Shown: piece after piece, positions 17,598 through 45,864 of the stretch
Numbering within the stretch: the stretch's first letter is position 1
How the letters are laid out: each line of letters starts with the position of its first letter
Origin: Tubiluchus corallicola
Taxonomy: Eukaryota > Animalia > Priapulida
Assembly (NCBI GenBank): GCA_030141605.1
Contig: JAQGDQ010002375.1
Location: 310,001 to 374,000, forward strand
Direction: 5' to 3'
DNA: 64,000 nt
Notes under the pieces: generated by a model
What the model saw: the letters and a program-made list of their open reading frames with translations, nothing else
Told to the model about the DNA's origin: nothing
The model's database searches: none
Program-made: the position numbers and the translations under genes

Positions 17598-17970
17598 TTT
17601 AGAGGTGGTGTAGACATCATACTCCGACGGTTGTGCATCCACTATTCTTGTGGACGTGAATGAACTCTTACCATAGTGGTTATGCAGACACTATACTTGG
17701 GAGACACTTGCACCGTGAACATGAAAGAGCTTGTGCTCTAGAGGTAGTATAGACATTGTACTCTGTGGGTTGTGCGTCCCTCCTCTTGTGGACGTGATTG
17801 AACTTTTCTTGCCCTAGTGGTTATGCAGACACTATATGGGAGACACTTGTATCATGAACATGAATGAGCTTGTGCTTTAGAGGTGATGCAGATACAGTAT
17901 TCAGGAGGTTTTGTATCCATTTGTCTCATAGACGTAAATGATAACGTGCTCTAGTAGTTATGCAGTCGCT
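17598..17970 (+). repeat. Diverged tandem repeat, ~139-bp unit, ~2.7 copies, upstream of the GPCR
   Basis: tagaggt anchors at ~17600, 17739 and 17878; the blocks gacgt.a.tga and tagt.gttatgcag recur with the same period. Confidence 0.85.
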
Positions 17971-18162
17971 AAAATGATCTTAACCTTTGTTGAGTCTTTT
18001 TTTTAATACTCACTTCCATTCTATGTTGCAATTAAGCCTCAAATTGGATTCAAAGAGTATTTAAATACGATACAGCTCTGAAGATAGCTCGACGTAAACA
18101 CATTTGGAGGAGGAGTCACTAACGAGTACAAGACTTAAAAGGGCACAACAGGATCTGCTACA

Positions 18163-19107
18163 ATGAGCAGTTCCTCAAATGCAACTGTGAAAAACTCTGA
18201 AAACGAGACTTACTATGACACTGATGGCAACAGTGAAAAGTGGCAACTTTTACTTGGTCAATTTGGATTTGTAATTACTGGAATATGTGCTGTTTTTGGT
18301 AATTCTCTAGTACTAATTGCTCTCTACAGGTGTCAGCAGCTGAGAACACACACTAATGCGATCATAACATCACTGGCTGTGTCAGATCTTCTGCTTGGAG
18401 CTGTCGTTATACCTTTTTTCGTGACTGTATGGTACAACAAATTGCCGTTTCCGTATCTTCAGATTTGTTTGCTGTTTGACCTGGGATTGCAACATGTTAG
18501 TGTTATGCATGTGTGGCTCATTGCAGCTGAACGTTATATTTCTGTCCTGCATCCATTCCGGAGGGAGACGTTGGTTAACGCAAGGACACTAACAGCATCA
18601 TTAACCACCATATGGATCCTCGGAATGGCACACTCCACCGTAAACGTCTACTTTATTTACACATTTGGCGAGCGAAGCCATGCCACAATATTGTACACAG
18701 CAATAAGAAGTATTGCTCTCTTTTTTCTGCCATCCGGCTTTGTTCTTATCATGTATGGGCGAATCTGGTCAGTTGCTCTGGCCCAGGCTAAAAAAATTCG
18801 GTGCATCACACAAAAAGCAGAAAGTAGAACTGTTCGGACAAGTATAAAAGAACAAAAGGCCACACTGCGGTTAGGTGTAGTGGTCACAGTTTTTATAACT
18901 TGCTGGAGTCCTTTTTTCGCCTATCCCCTGATTGAACTTGCTTGCAAAGACTTCTGCTGGAATTACCAAGCTTTCACGGTTACTCTCTGGCTGAGTTACG
19001 CTAACAGTGCTATCAACCCAATTATATATTCCGCCTTTGGACGAGAATTTCGTAGATGTATCTTACACGTTCTGCGTTGTGGTCATGCTGACTCTGTGGG
19101 TGCATGA
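18163..19107 (+). CDS. Intronless class A GPCR of biogenic/trace-amine receptor type (orphan), 314 aa
   Basis: Seven hydrophobic segments with TM1 GN, TM2 SLAVSD, TM3 D3.32 and ERY, TM5 FFLP..Y, TM6 CWSPFF and TM7 WLSYANSAINPIIY; N-terminal NxT sites; AATAAA at 19191. Confidence 0.93.
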   Translation: MSSSSNATVKNSENETYYDTDGNSEKWQLLLGQFGFVITGICAVFGNSLVLIALYRCQQLRTHTNAIITSLAVSDLLLGAVVIPFFVTVWYNKLPFPYLQICLLFDLGLQHVSVMHVWLIAAERYISVLHPFRRETLVNARTLTASLTTIWILGMAHSTVNVYFIYTFGERSHATILYTAIRSIALFFLPSGFVLIMYGRIWSVALAQAKKIRCITQKAESRTVRTSIKEQKATLRLGVVVTVFITCWSPFFAYPLIELACKDFCWNYQAFTVTLWLSYANSAINPIIYSAFGREFRRCILHVLRCGHADSVGA

Positions 19108-21941
19108 AATGAGAGTGACAAGTGTCACACAAATGTTGGAAAGGCAGTCCCAGCTGAAGTGAAGATCACATTAACTTGGTTAGGATACTTAATAAAACAG
19201 TGTTAGCTTGCTAATTCCTTCTAAAAATCACAACTGAACAAATTACATTACAATTTCAGTAATTTTAACTTTATAATTGCACCATGTAACTGAATTGTAT
19301 GAGGCAAACTAAAAATATAAGAATTTAAGCAGCTTCTTTGTAAGCTAACAAAAAACTGCTTGATCTTTGAATTTTTGTTAATCACACATTATAATTAAAC
19401 CTATTCGTCAGTTTTTAACGTCCGTTAGATTTAATTTTAATTAACTGTAAAGTCTTACATCATTTAGAGTTTTAATTATTTAACCATAAAGTCTAAAATC
19501 ATTTATGTTACTAGTGAACAAGATCGTCGAAACAAAATTTTTACTGACAGCCAGCTCTTACATCATCCAAGTTCTTGCTATTACCAGCATTTGGTTGTCT
19601 TCTTGCTTATCATGTTTCTTCAATTTTTATATTATGAAGCCTGTGAAGCTGTAGAATTTTAGGAATTCACTAGTCAAACCTTGCTTAATGGCCATTTTTT
19701 GGCAGAATAAAGTATCAATACAGTAAGTGCCACTTAATAGACTCACATTGGCCCAATTAACCGATAGGTGTTGTATTACAGGTATAGAAGTATGAGTCAT
19801 CAGCTTACTATGCACTGCAAAGGTTTTTAATGAACTTTAGAAGTGAAGTAATGCCTAAGTTCCTTTGTGCAGTTAAAAATTACAAAAAAATATTTTAAAA
19901 TATTAATTTATATAAGTAAATTAATTAAAAAGTATACTTTTCTAAATCACAGACTTTTCTTCTAAGTCTGTTTATTTGCAAAAATTACAAACATTCCTTC
20001 AAAGTCGGCTGCTTCACTTTCTCGCTCAGAAATTGGCCCACAAAGTTCTCGTAATTATAAAAACCTGTTGGAAATCTGTTGTTGTGAGTGACTAAAACAG
20101 TTCTGAATCGTCTGTTCACTTACATTGCTCTTATTTGCTGTATGATGTTTACTATTGTAAGTCACAAGGAATACCGGCTGACTACTGTACCTGCATCTCT
20201 GACTGTTAACTCATTAAGCCTGAAAGCGCGATTTGCAACGAGAGCATCAAAAGGAAACTGCTAGGCAAGTGATTAAATGTTTAGCTTCCAGAAATTCTTT
20301 GGGTAACAGTGGGCGAGCGGGTAACACATTCAAAGCAAAACCGCTACGCTAGCATATTAGTGAATGATAAACGTACCTGCTTACAAACAAAGTGGTACTT
20401 AACATGATTGTTTCTGCATACATGGTGCACAAAAGGGAAGTAAAGATGACATAAAGGCAGGAAAGGCTCTTTGGGCACATACAAATATCTTGTTTTAAGT
20501 AGGCGAAGGAAAAATATTGAGTCAGTTACCGATAATTTTCGTGTATATTTGAATAGAAGCGGCCCGCTCCAGGCGTTTCTGAGTTAATTAAGCGACAGAG
20601 TCTATTAACCACGAGTTTCTTAAGAGGTGCCTGCTGTATTTGCACAGACATTTATGTATTAATACACCGCGTTCTAATACCAAACTCGCTTAATGCCAAC
20701 TTTTTCTCGAGTCTGAAAGTGGGCAGTATAAAGAGATCTGACCATTTTATTTTACAGTCAGTGGATGGTTAAATTCTGATTTTAAGAGCAAGCAAAAGCT
20801 CCCCTTTTGGGTCCTTGCCACTGCAAATATTAATAAAACCGTATGATGGGCCATATGCTAAGGTCATTATGAATATGATGTTGAGCACACTTAATGGAGC
20901 TGACATTCTGTCAAGTTTGTAACACCTCCGCACTTACAATACATGATCTACAACTGTAGCCATTACTTGTAAAGGTACAGGAAGTGAAAGAACAATCAAA
21001 AATATATCTAATCTGGAATGTTTATTCATGCTTTTTAATAAATCAGATCACACTTCAGCGGCGATCTCTAATTCCTCTTACTAACGGTTGAAATTTAGAG
21101 CTTTAAAACGATTTCACAACTGCAATGAGTTTTATACATTGTATGCAGGCTATTATATTTACCTACATTCAAATTGCAATGACTTCACCAATTTTTGACC
21201 ATCAAAGGTTAAGATGCTCATTTTGCAATAATGTCAGGTGCTCCATTGTTCTGCACACGTACATTAGGAAGTGCACAGAACCATACCTTCCAGGTGAAAA
21301 AAGCTTTGGTTGAATATACTGTCAAAATTAAACAACAGGCAAATGGGAAAACAAATTTAAATATACTGCCTAGTGTTATAGTGCAACACTGGCAATAAAT
21401 GAAAAACAATATTTCCCCGAAACAAAAATCTATGATTTTAGGTGTAATCATAACAACTCTCAATATTTTTGACTTATTTCAAATTTTTTGATAGATATTT
21501 TTTACGTTCCAATTATTAACATGAATTAGAACTACAGTTTTAAATCGTTCATAGTTTATGCTAGATGGTTCTACCAACAATTAATTATTTATATGTGCAG
21601 ACAGTAAAAATTGAAACACTACACACATAAAGCAGAGTTTACGTTTTGCAAATATATTTCATTAGATCATTTTGCACTTTTAATGCATTTTACTTATTTT
21701 ACTGCGAACCCTAAACAGCTACAGCTTACACTATAATCTCATTTGCAATATTTTAACCACAGTAAAATTTTAACATCTCAACAAAATAACTGATACCTTT
21801 ATAATAAATAAAGCATGCAAATAGCTAAGCACTGGAATGTTTAACCATGTAGAAGTGAAACAAGCCAGACTAGAGCAATCAAACACATAAAACAATTTCA
21901 TGCAACTTCGTTATCTACTGCTTACGTATTTTATAGTTAGT

Positions 21942-36735
<14,794 letters not shown>

Positions 36736-36851
36736 CTGAAATAAACAAGAAAATATTCTGCGATTAACAACGAAATTCCTTAGACATCAACTAATCAGAA
36801 AAGATTTCATCTGCATACAAATATGAAACAAATATTCAATTATTAATTCGT

Positions 36852-37022
36852 TGCCGTCGTCATCATCATCATAATCATCACCATCATTGCTGTCACCACC
36901 GTCATTATCATCACTGGGATCATTGCCACGACTATTGTCGCTGTCACCATCGTTTATATCGCTATCCTCATGATCATCATCACCGTCAACTATTTCACTG
37001 TCATCATTCCATTACCATCATT
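36852..37022. repeat. Degenerate (CAT)n trinucleotide microsatellite
   Basis: cat/cac/cgt triplet runs; a similar tract lies at 44495-44590. Confidence 0.75.
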
Positions 37023-38319
37023 TACTATTTTAAGGAGGCACAAAAATGCTGACTACAACGCACAATCAGTCAAAAAATATTAGTTGCACGAGACCCATTT
37101 CACATTTCATATGACTAATGAGAAGGCAGCAAACAACAACAGCCGAATTGATTTAAAATTCCCCCAGCTAAGCACAGAATTAGGATAGTAGGTAAAATTA
37201 AATATTAAAAAGAAGAGAATTTTGAAAGCAGAAAATTAGTGTGGAATGTTAACAGATCTATTCTGAAGCAAGACAAAGTTGGGAGAAGATTTAAAGCAGT
37301 AACAAAAACACAACCAATTTTTGCATTTTAATTTTGTTTATTCACCTATTTTTTGCGTTGTCGTTAAAAATACTCAAACGTACCCACTGTTACTATCTCT
37401 ATTTAGACAAATCCGGTTATCTCAATGTCTATGGGTTTACAAGTAAACTCTTTTTAACCAGACATGCACTAATTTAATACTAATAAAGCCCCTTATTGAA
37501 AACCCATTTCGGGCACCAGGCTTTTCTTAGATTCCCGGCTTCATCGTCCAGCAGCCACCCTCTCATTTCACTAGGAGACATTTCGTGACTTTTTCTCGAA
37601 CAGGACTGTCAACGTCTAGAATAGCTGACCCGCACAATGGATTTCAACTTGAAACAGTGCAGCCTACAAAAACTGTTTGAAATGGATTCAAATATGATAG
37701 GCGCTTATAAGCAAGTAATTTAATTCCTGAGTGCCTCAACATCATTGATCTGATGTTTTTTGTATAAACATCAATTGTTTTTCATTATTGTTTATGTATA
37801 ACGTGAAATAAATAAATATAAAAAGGTATTCTCGCGATTTTCCTTCTCCAGTATTAATGAAAATCTAGTTAAAAGTACCCATTGTTTACATGTTTACCTT
37901 ACAAGGAAATTTCACGTCTTTAATAAGCGGCTAAGCACAAATTCCCCCAAATCACACCCGAAAGACCCAATTAACATGTGCCAGACAGAAGTCTGTCAGT
38001 AAATGTGAGAAAATAATTATCTCCATGCCAATTATTTCAGACACGTTTGTTCCGGTTCTGCTAAAAAATTCTAATGAATTCCCCAAACTGCTAATCAAAA
38101 CTAGGAAACCACTTTCAAGTTGTCATAGCCTTACAAATTGAGTGGCTTGTTTACAAAAATTTTAGCAAGCGTCTGTTTTTTCTCTAATAATGGTGAATTA
38201 ACTGTCGCAGACATTCAAAAAAAGTATTAACATGCACGTGCACTGAAGGCGGCTCCATACAAAGTTACGATATGGGTTGTTTCCATGCTCGATCATCCTA
38301 GTTCATCCATTTCTTCAAA

Positions 38320-38690
38320 ATCTCATTCCGTATGTTGTAGACATTGAGGTATTAAAATTTATTACAGCATTCCACCCACTCTTATCTGCTGCTGACAGCG
38401 TAAGTTCTTCTACTCTTAAAGCTAGATTTGGTTGAAGTTGTTGAACATCAATATTTATCTCAGCTATCAAAGTTGGTTCTGGTTGGCCAGGTGGTTTTTT
38501 GCAAGGTTTTAAGGCTTCCTTTAAAGCGATTCTTACTAGTGCTTCATTTGGTAATCATAGAAGATGTCCTAGCCATCTTATTCTTCCGAACTTGACTTTT
38601 AAACTCCAAGGAATTTCTTTAGTTCTAGTGTATAAAATCTTCATTTTTGATTATGTACGGCCATCTTATCTTTAAAACTCCCGTTAGAGG
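38320..38690 (-). mobile_element. Decayed 3' end of an RTE/RTEX-like LINE ORF
   Basis: Minus translation VLKIRWPYIIKNED/YTRTKEIPWSLKVKFGRIRWLGHLL*LPNEALVRIAL...KKPPGQP with one frameshift and one stop; IxW..IxNE and RxRWLGH are typical of post-RT RTE C-termini. Confidence 0.75.
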
Positions 38691-39719
38691 ACTTCTAGTC
38701 CATCCTATGTCAAATAAATCAGTTGGCTACACTTAACAAATCTGATATCGATAATAAATCACAATGCAGACTACAAATTGTCGTTTAATCCTTCAAAAGC
38801 AGAAGCGGGTGTGACACTCGAGATTTTCAATAATAAATATCGACGTTTGAAGGAAATGCCTCCTCAGATTGGATTTTATTTTAAACAGAATTATATTGAT
38901 ACAAAATTGGAGAATATAATTTTCTTCTACAGAATAATCAGGATGTGAGTTTTGTCGATCATAGTCGGTTGATCAATGTCTGCAAAGACGAATTCCACAA
39001 CGATGTGTTATTAAAACTGCACATTTCGTCTTACACGTATTTGTCAATAGATGTTGCCTAAAGCAAACAAATTATTTGGTAAACATTGGGCTTATTACGA
39101 TATTACCTGGAGGGCCATTTCAATTGCTTTGATAACCATCGCCAATTTGCTCTTAAAGAACTTATAAAGGTTGTAAAGACCTACAGGCTATCGAAACTAA
39201 AATATGATTATGCAAAAACAGCATGTCAGCACTCGAGACATTAGCTATCACACAAAATTAATTAAAATAATATAAGAACTACAATAATACAAAACCCAAA
39301 CATAGCCTCATATCTCGAAGTATATAAATAAATTCGACAGGCTGTGCGGTTATTACTATGCGCATTACGCAGAGGCGCACTTTTCTATCATCCGCAGGAT
39401 AAATTAAAATGGTATTTACCTAGCATCAAGGAGGAGCGGACTAGATAAAATCGGTTTATATTGTTTTCAATGCACCGTTATGCGTTGTTTTCTCCGCAGG
39501 TATTCGCAGGCGTATAACGCATATCGCGTACGCATTCCGCAAACGCCACTTAAAGGTTGCGACTGCTGTGGACAACAATGTAATAAAATCTACTAACCTC
39601 TGAAGTCTAAAGGCTTTAAGTGACGGCTTTTGTTTCGTATTTACAAATGAAGATGTTTTTAATAATATGTAACTGTATATTCGTAACTAAGTTTTGCTTG
39701 ATATTAATAACTTCAATGA

Positions 39720-40430
39720 AATTAGGATTTGTCACTTTTTCATCAGTGACCCGTGGGTCAAAGGTCAATCAAGTGCGTGTCAATGTACATCATGTGATAC
39801 GTTTTGTTGAGGCCTTTCATTTAAGTAGTACAACCTGCTGTTGCTTAAGACTAAAAAATATTCGTCTCCCAGACTCCCCAGTTTCGGTTTTCACCTCCTA
39901 ACAGAATCAAGAAACAGGCACACAATTTTTGCACAACTCGTACTATTCAATTTTGGTTTTTCGCCTTGGCAGGGTCAAGGGTCAATCAACCTGGGCGTAA
40001 ATCATACAAATCAAATCGTCTCAACGAGACCTTTTATTTGATATACTATTGTACAAGCCCTCCCCCCACCGCGATGAAGATTTGTGTTTGGGTTCGCTTT
40101 TGGGTTTTGTACCCTACCGGAAATTTTTCCCAAACTTTACATATTTAGCTATCTGAACCTCGCATACTCAGCTATCTCAGCTATTGTAGCCCTAGCTTAA
40201 AAACTGTAGGAGAAGATCAACCCTAACGAAAAACATGAAGCCCCGCCTGCCCCGTGACCTTTGCCCCGGGGATGACGGGTCACATATAAACTTAACACCT
40301 CTTCATCGGGGGTGTGCTATGTGAGTTTCGTTAACCTAACTCTGTTCGCGTGCGAGTTATTAAAGAAACAAAAAAAAACACAAATAACAAAAATCATAAA
40401 TAAATAATAAAAAACGTGGGTAGATCAAAA
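39720..40430. mobile_element. Unclassified non-autonomous repeat with TGACC/GGTCA motifs
   Basis: Clustered tgacccgtgggtcaaaggtcaa, agggtcaagggtcaa and tgacctttgcccc motifs; boundaries approximate. Confidence 0.35.
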
Positions 40431-43400
40431 AGATTCTGCTTATGCGCACTTCTCCTAGAAAGCTGTTAAAATCAAGCAAAATTTCACATTGTTTGCGGGC
40501 AAAAAAGTTCAACAGTGTTCAATGACTTTCCCACACGCCGCCGCCGCCGCCAGCCACATGAAGCCCGTGATACAAACAATCTAGACAAGCAGCAGCAGAA
40601 TAATTGGCTTCTTCAGTCGCTTACCAAGCATAACATATCGTCAGACGATCGTTTGATCTTTCCCGAATCAATCTTTTATTTATGTACAGCTAATTACCTG
40701 TGTGTGTCGTGGTGCTCACGAAAAGGCGTCTTCTTAAGAATCATAATTTTATGAACACAGTAGGTAAGCTGAAAACTGAAGCACCCTTTAGCTGCAGGGC
40801 TAAAAACTAAAGTCACGAACAATAACGCGTGAAGTAAGATTGGGTAGTAATGCTTTCAATGATATTTATTTGTTTAGTTTTGTTAGCTGGTTGGTCGGTC
40901 AGTCGGTCGGTCGGTTGTTGACTGATTCCTTGGTTAGTTGGTCGTTTGGATAGTTGACTGATGTGTTGGATACGGCTGGGTGGTGGAATGGTTGCTTGGT
41001 TCATTCGTTTATTTGTTTATTCATTAGGTCATACACAACAATTACGACACTCCTAAAATAAAAAAATGTTGAACTTATTTCAGTGCAACCTTCGGCTCAT
41101 TGGTTCCCAATGCTTCATAACCGATTTTGAAACCTGCATTTTATGCTACTTTGTGCAAATGAAGCATTTTTGCATTTAATGTGCGAGTAAGTATTGCAGT
41201 TCAAGTTTTTAGCTGAACAAACTATGCACTTACTTCACATTCAAAATTTTTACAGTAAAATTGTAGAACTTTAGTTAAACTTACACAGAATGCATTACAG
41301 GAAAATTCGTATGAATTGTGATAATAAAACATCGTGACATATTAACTAAGTGCTGAACGAACTGGATTATTCTATCCTTGGAGGAGGAGTGGGAGGAAGA
41401 AACAGAAGAAAAATCTAGTAGTTACTGCCTGCAGTTGAAAATAACGATTGATTTTCTCAAAACAAATACACACGGAAACAATTCGTTGTTATTGATTTGT
41501 TAAGTATCTCAGGTAACCAATGAATTTTTCATCACTTTTCTAATAAAGAGCAACAACGTTTCTGCTTCACACTAGCAGCCATCACCAGTCATGAAAAATA
41601 TGAGATAATTTGTTGAATATTTAATTTGCGAATATATAATAAACAAAAATATTGCAGGTCGTTGTTACTTCACAATAAATTAGCATCTAAAAGACATAAA
41701 GCAAGATATAATCATTACATTGTGCCTTACCGTAGTACCAAAATAACTAAACATTTTACAACATTTCAATGACCTGGCATGAGATTTGCAAATCTACGAT
41801 AAATAGCGAATCTATTAACTAGACTTTAAAAAATGCTAAAAAAATCTAATTTTGAGTAAATAACATTAACTATTAAAAGTTTATAACAGTATCCATCCTT
41901 ACAGTAGTGGCAAAACAGCCAGGTATCTTAATTTGAACATGTGCATAGCTAATATTAAGAGACATTTTCTATTTTAAACCAGTAAAAATTATGATGATTT
42001 TAGGCCTACTCACAGTATTGTTATACATGAAGATTGTTGTAAATGTGTTGTGTGAAAAAATTAGTTAAAGTAATATATGACTTACGACTAGCGTGCAGCA
42101 TAATCGAAAAAAATCGTCATTTATTGTCCGATATTTAACAAATTAATGTCCTTCTTGCTATCTTAAGAGTATAGAAACTCTATAATTTGTTGTTATTGTT
42201 AATAGTTATTTATTTTTTATTGATGTGTTGGTAAATTTCGTATAAAAACCGCCTACTAGTCACTAGGAAACGTGAAAAACGATTCGTCATCCCAAATTTC
42301 CTACTTTCCACAACCCATAAAACGTTAGTGGGGAATTAAGTGTTTATCCTGGCAATATTTCATGGGAATAAAGTGTTTTAAATACAATGTGTAGAGAATC
42401 TTTGGGAATTTTCTGGAGTACAATTAAATTTAAACGGCAAGCTATACTGATACAAGGGGCGGCTCCAAAATTCAAGACGTCAAGGGATGGAATCACAAAG
42501 AGATCCGAAAGAACCTCCCAGAATGTCTAAAGGGCATCTTGACTACTGTGTTTCGTTATACAGGGAATATAAGGAAATGAACTTTTAAGAGAACGAACCC
42601 TGAGAAAGGAACCTCTTCCTCACTGCGCCTCTGGATCTACAAGTGCTCAAGAAAGGTGACATTGACAAGTTTGAATGTATCGGGTTTTTCTCGAAACTCA
42701 AAAGCATTCACTTTTGTTGCAAAACTCCAAGCAGCTCTCTATCGTAGCAGCGCGGCCAGTATAAATTGAACACGACAAAAACCCTGTAATTTTCTAAAGC
42801 AAATATCTTCTTGCAAGAAATTTAATGGTAGGTAGCCAGGTAACGTTACACGTGTATGTAATTTGTAGGTCACAGAACGTTAAGAATGTAAGTAGAGTTG
42901 CTCTCTTTGAGGTAGAATTACAACACGTACGTAACATGTTGTGGAATGACGTACTGCTTGTACATTATTTATGTCAGATATACGTTTAAACAAAAATGTG
43001 AACTTTGCACGTCACCAGTTTGTGACGCATACTTCTTTGACCAATCAGGGCAAAAGAAATTGCAAGGGACATTGACTACAATAAAATAAAAGCAGATCTG
43101 TCCAATCAGAGTATGTGGCTATAGATTTAAACGCCACGCATGCGCATAGAAATACCCATACGTAAATTTGTCTCATCATAAGCCTATCACGTCTGATGTA
43201 GACAATGAGTAAGCAGAATTCAAATAAAAGAAATCTGTCTGCAAGACAGGTAAACACAGCAGTAATTCAGCAAAAAACAGACACTGCCAGCACCATTTCC
43301 GACATGTATTCGATGTTACTTGATCACGTAATTTTGTCTAATCAGTGCAAGAAATTGCAAGTGCGTTTTCGTAATTTTGCGATTTAAGAAAATGGGAACG

Positions 43401-43541
43401 TAATGCACTGTTTCTGTAACGAAAACAAATAAGTGAAACTTCGGAAAACAAACCTCCCACTATTAAAAACTAGACAGATTAGAGGTGTCTGAAAGATGTG
43501 AATCGGCTGCCCAGAAAGGATAATCTAGCCGTGCCTGCGAA

Positions 43542-43745
43542 TTATATCAACAGGGACCACGTGTAGTACAGTATATAAATTGAGACAAGCACTGAGCCCT
43601 GTGGGGCTCCAGATTGGACACCAATTTTTGAAGATGTAACTTTGTTACTGCGCACACACTGTGTACGATTACCAAGGTAACATTTAAACCAATCCAGAAC
43701 AAGGTCTTTTATGCTGGTGCGTTTCTCAAGTCCCACAGTCTGGTA
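43542..43745 (-). mobile_element. CR1/L2-type LINE reverse transcriptase fragment
   Basis: LVLDWFKCYLGNRTQCVR...VQSGAPQGSVL matches the W..YL..R.Q.V...SGVPQGSVLGP RT motif; truncated and degenerate. Confidence 0.8.
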
Positions 43746-45491
43746 TGTAAGCGATACAAATATCGTGTCGTATGATGAAACATCATTTTTTTCTCTAATA
43801 CCAATGCAAGGGATATTTGCTAGTGTAAGGCGAAGCAGCTAAACTGATGAAAATCACAAAAGCAGGTTATCAAACTCAGCATCTAATAAGTATTAGAGAC
43901 AAGGATGGGTCCTAGGAAGCCAAATCACCGTAATCAAAGCACGTATTATGAAAGTACATTTGATAGGTAAATACTTGCTTTCAAGTAAGTCATCATTGAA
44001 AACGCTAACGCATTAACACAGTTATAAAAGGCGGCTAGTATCAGATCTGACCATTAAAAGCGTAATCACTTTCTCTTTGATTAATCACAGCGCTATCTCG
44101 ATGCCATTATCTTTGAAAGTTAATTCACTCAAGCCACTATTGCAAATCATTTATATCATCACTAACAAAGCAAAGTATTATTGTGGTTTATTGTGGCTGG
44201 CCATTAGAGTAACAGACCACTGCAAAAAGTGGAATTTACCGAAATTTGTCTGTTCACTGCGTCACTCACTTTCACCATGAATAATCAGGGACCTAATGAA
44301 CATATATTCGTTAAAACGTGGCCCCAAAAATTAATGTAGTGCAGAGACCCCTAAAACGTACATGCACATGTACATTTCTAAGAGTTTCAAGACCATTTAC
44401 AGTCTAGCGATGTGATGAGATGATGACAAATCTGTATTTACTATTAATATGCAAATTGTTTTCACATAATTAGTTATGCATGCAGACAGAGACAGCATCA
44501 TCATCATCATTTTCAACATCATTATCACTACGACCACTGCCACTGCCGCCGCAGCCATCATCAACATCATCATCACTACCTTCACTATTATTGAATGACC
44601 TTGCCGATCTAGGCACAGTGCATTTGTAGGTTCACCTCACCTCACTCCGTGTACAAACCAAGACCAGCAATCATGAGCAATGAAGGATTTAACTTTGGAA
44701 TCTTTAATTTTACAAAAGAAATAAGCTAAAGGGCTTAACGTATAGTAAAGTATTTGTGTACATCTAAATGCACTTCACCTTTAAAGTCGAGTCAAACGTA
44801 TCGATTTTTATGTAAATAATATCAGAAAAACGTTTGGAATTGCACTGGAACAGTGTGACAAATAGAAATCTTGTACTATGTAAGACACATTACGGAGTTG
44901 AAAATCTATTCTCTATTGCAATATCAACCAAAATACAAAACAGTTGAATGATATGGAGAGCTAACGACAAAAATATGCTCTCTTACTGGGTTATCAAGAT
45001 TCAATTTTAATATCGGCCACGATTTTCCTCATAATTTTTGAATGACACTGACGATTGAGTGCTCGACAGTCTACACACGCGGATGCGTTAGCCTTACACA
45101 CACGTCAAAGAAAAGACGATAGTTAAATAATCGCTAATCGCACGCGCGGGCCTAGATGCGATTACTTTTAGATCGTAATTAACTATAGAATTCAGCAAAA
45201 TTGTGCACTATTTCAGTTATTTCTTTACAGCCGTGCAGACCTTTCCTTTCAACCGTCTCCTAATTACTCCTAGTTGCTGCATTAGAACGTCATTTGTTTT
45301 GCCCTTGAGTTTTTCTTTGCTCAAAGCCTATAAAACTTAACAACGCTAAAACGTTCCTTGAAATTCACACACAAATGATGCTGATTGAATCTCATATTGC
45401 CAGCGTCTCGAAAAATTCATCTACAGCGAGTTTTGCGATGGGCTGGAAAGGATGTTTTTCTCTAATTTTAAAATAAACAGCAACACAAAAG

Positions 45492-45864
45492 CGAATAAAA
45501 TAAGAATATGGATATTTTAATGTATAAAATAGGTGAAGATAAAGTAAGAAATCTTTTAATTATATGGTACAAACACGAAATATTTGTTAAAGTTCTGGGT
45601 CGTTAAAACAAATAATAAAAATCTACAGCTGCTCGTGATGGTGTAATGGAAAGCAAACAATGGGGTAAATAGTAGTTTCGAATAAAATAAGAACGATTAA
45701 AATAAAAGTGTGGATATATGCATGCATAAAATGAGTGAAGACAAAGTAAGAAATCTTTTTAATATACAATATAAACGTCAATTATTTGTTAAAGTTTTGG
45801 TCGTTAAAGCAAACTATAAAAAATTTACAGTTGCTGGTGGTGGTGTAATTGCAAAGAAACAATG
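45492..45864 (+). repeat. Diverged tandem duplication, ~185-200-bp unit x2
   Basis: gaataaaataagaa...gtgaaga.aaagtaagaaatctttt...tatttgttaaagtt...ggtcgttaaa...tggtgtaat...aaacaatgg appears twice. Confidence 0.85.

Noticed and set aside
17598-17970. CRISPR-like array
   Set aside because: Eukaryotic context, and whole units are homologous with no unique spacers or cas genes
19108-19206. 32 open codons after the GPCR TGA (possible readthrough)
   Set aside because: The stop context is not the TGA-CTA type, the length is compatible with chance, and an AATAAA lies inside
37490-37665. GC-richer patch after a minus-strand acceptor as a WDR7 exon
   Set aside because: Stops in all three frames after the acceptor and no WDR7 similarity
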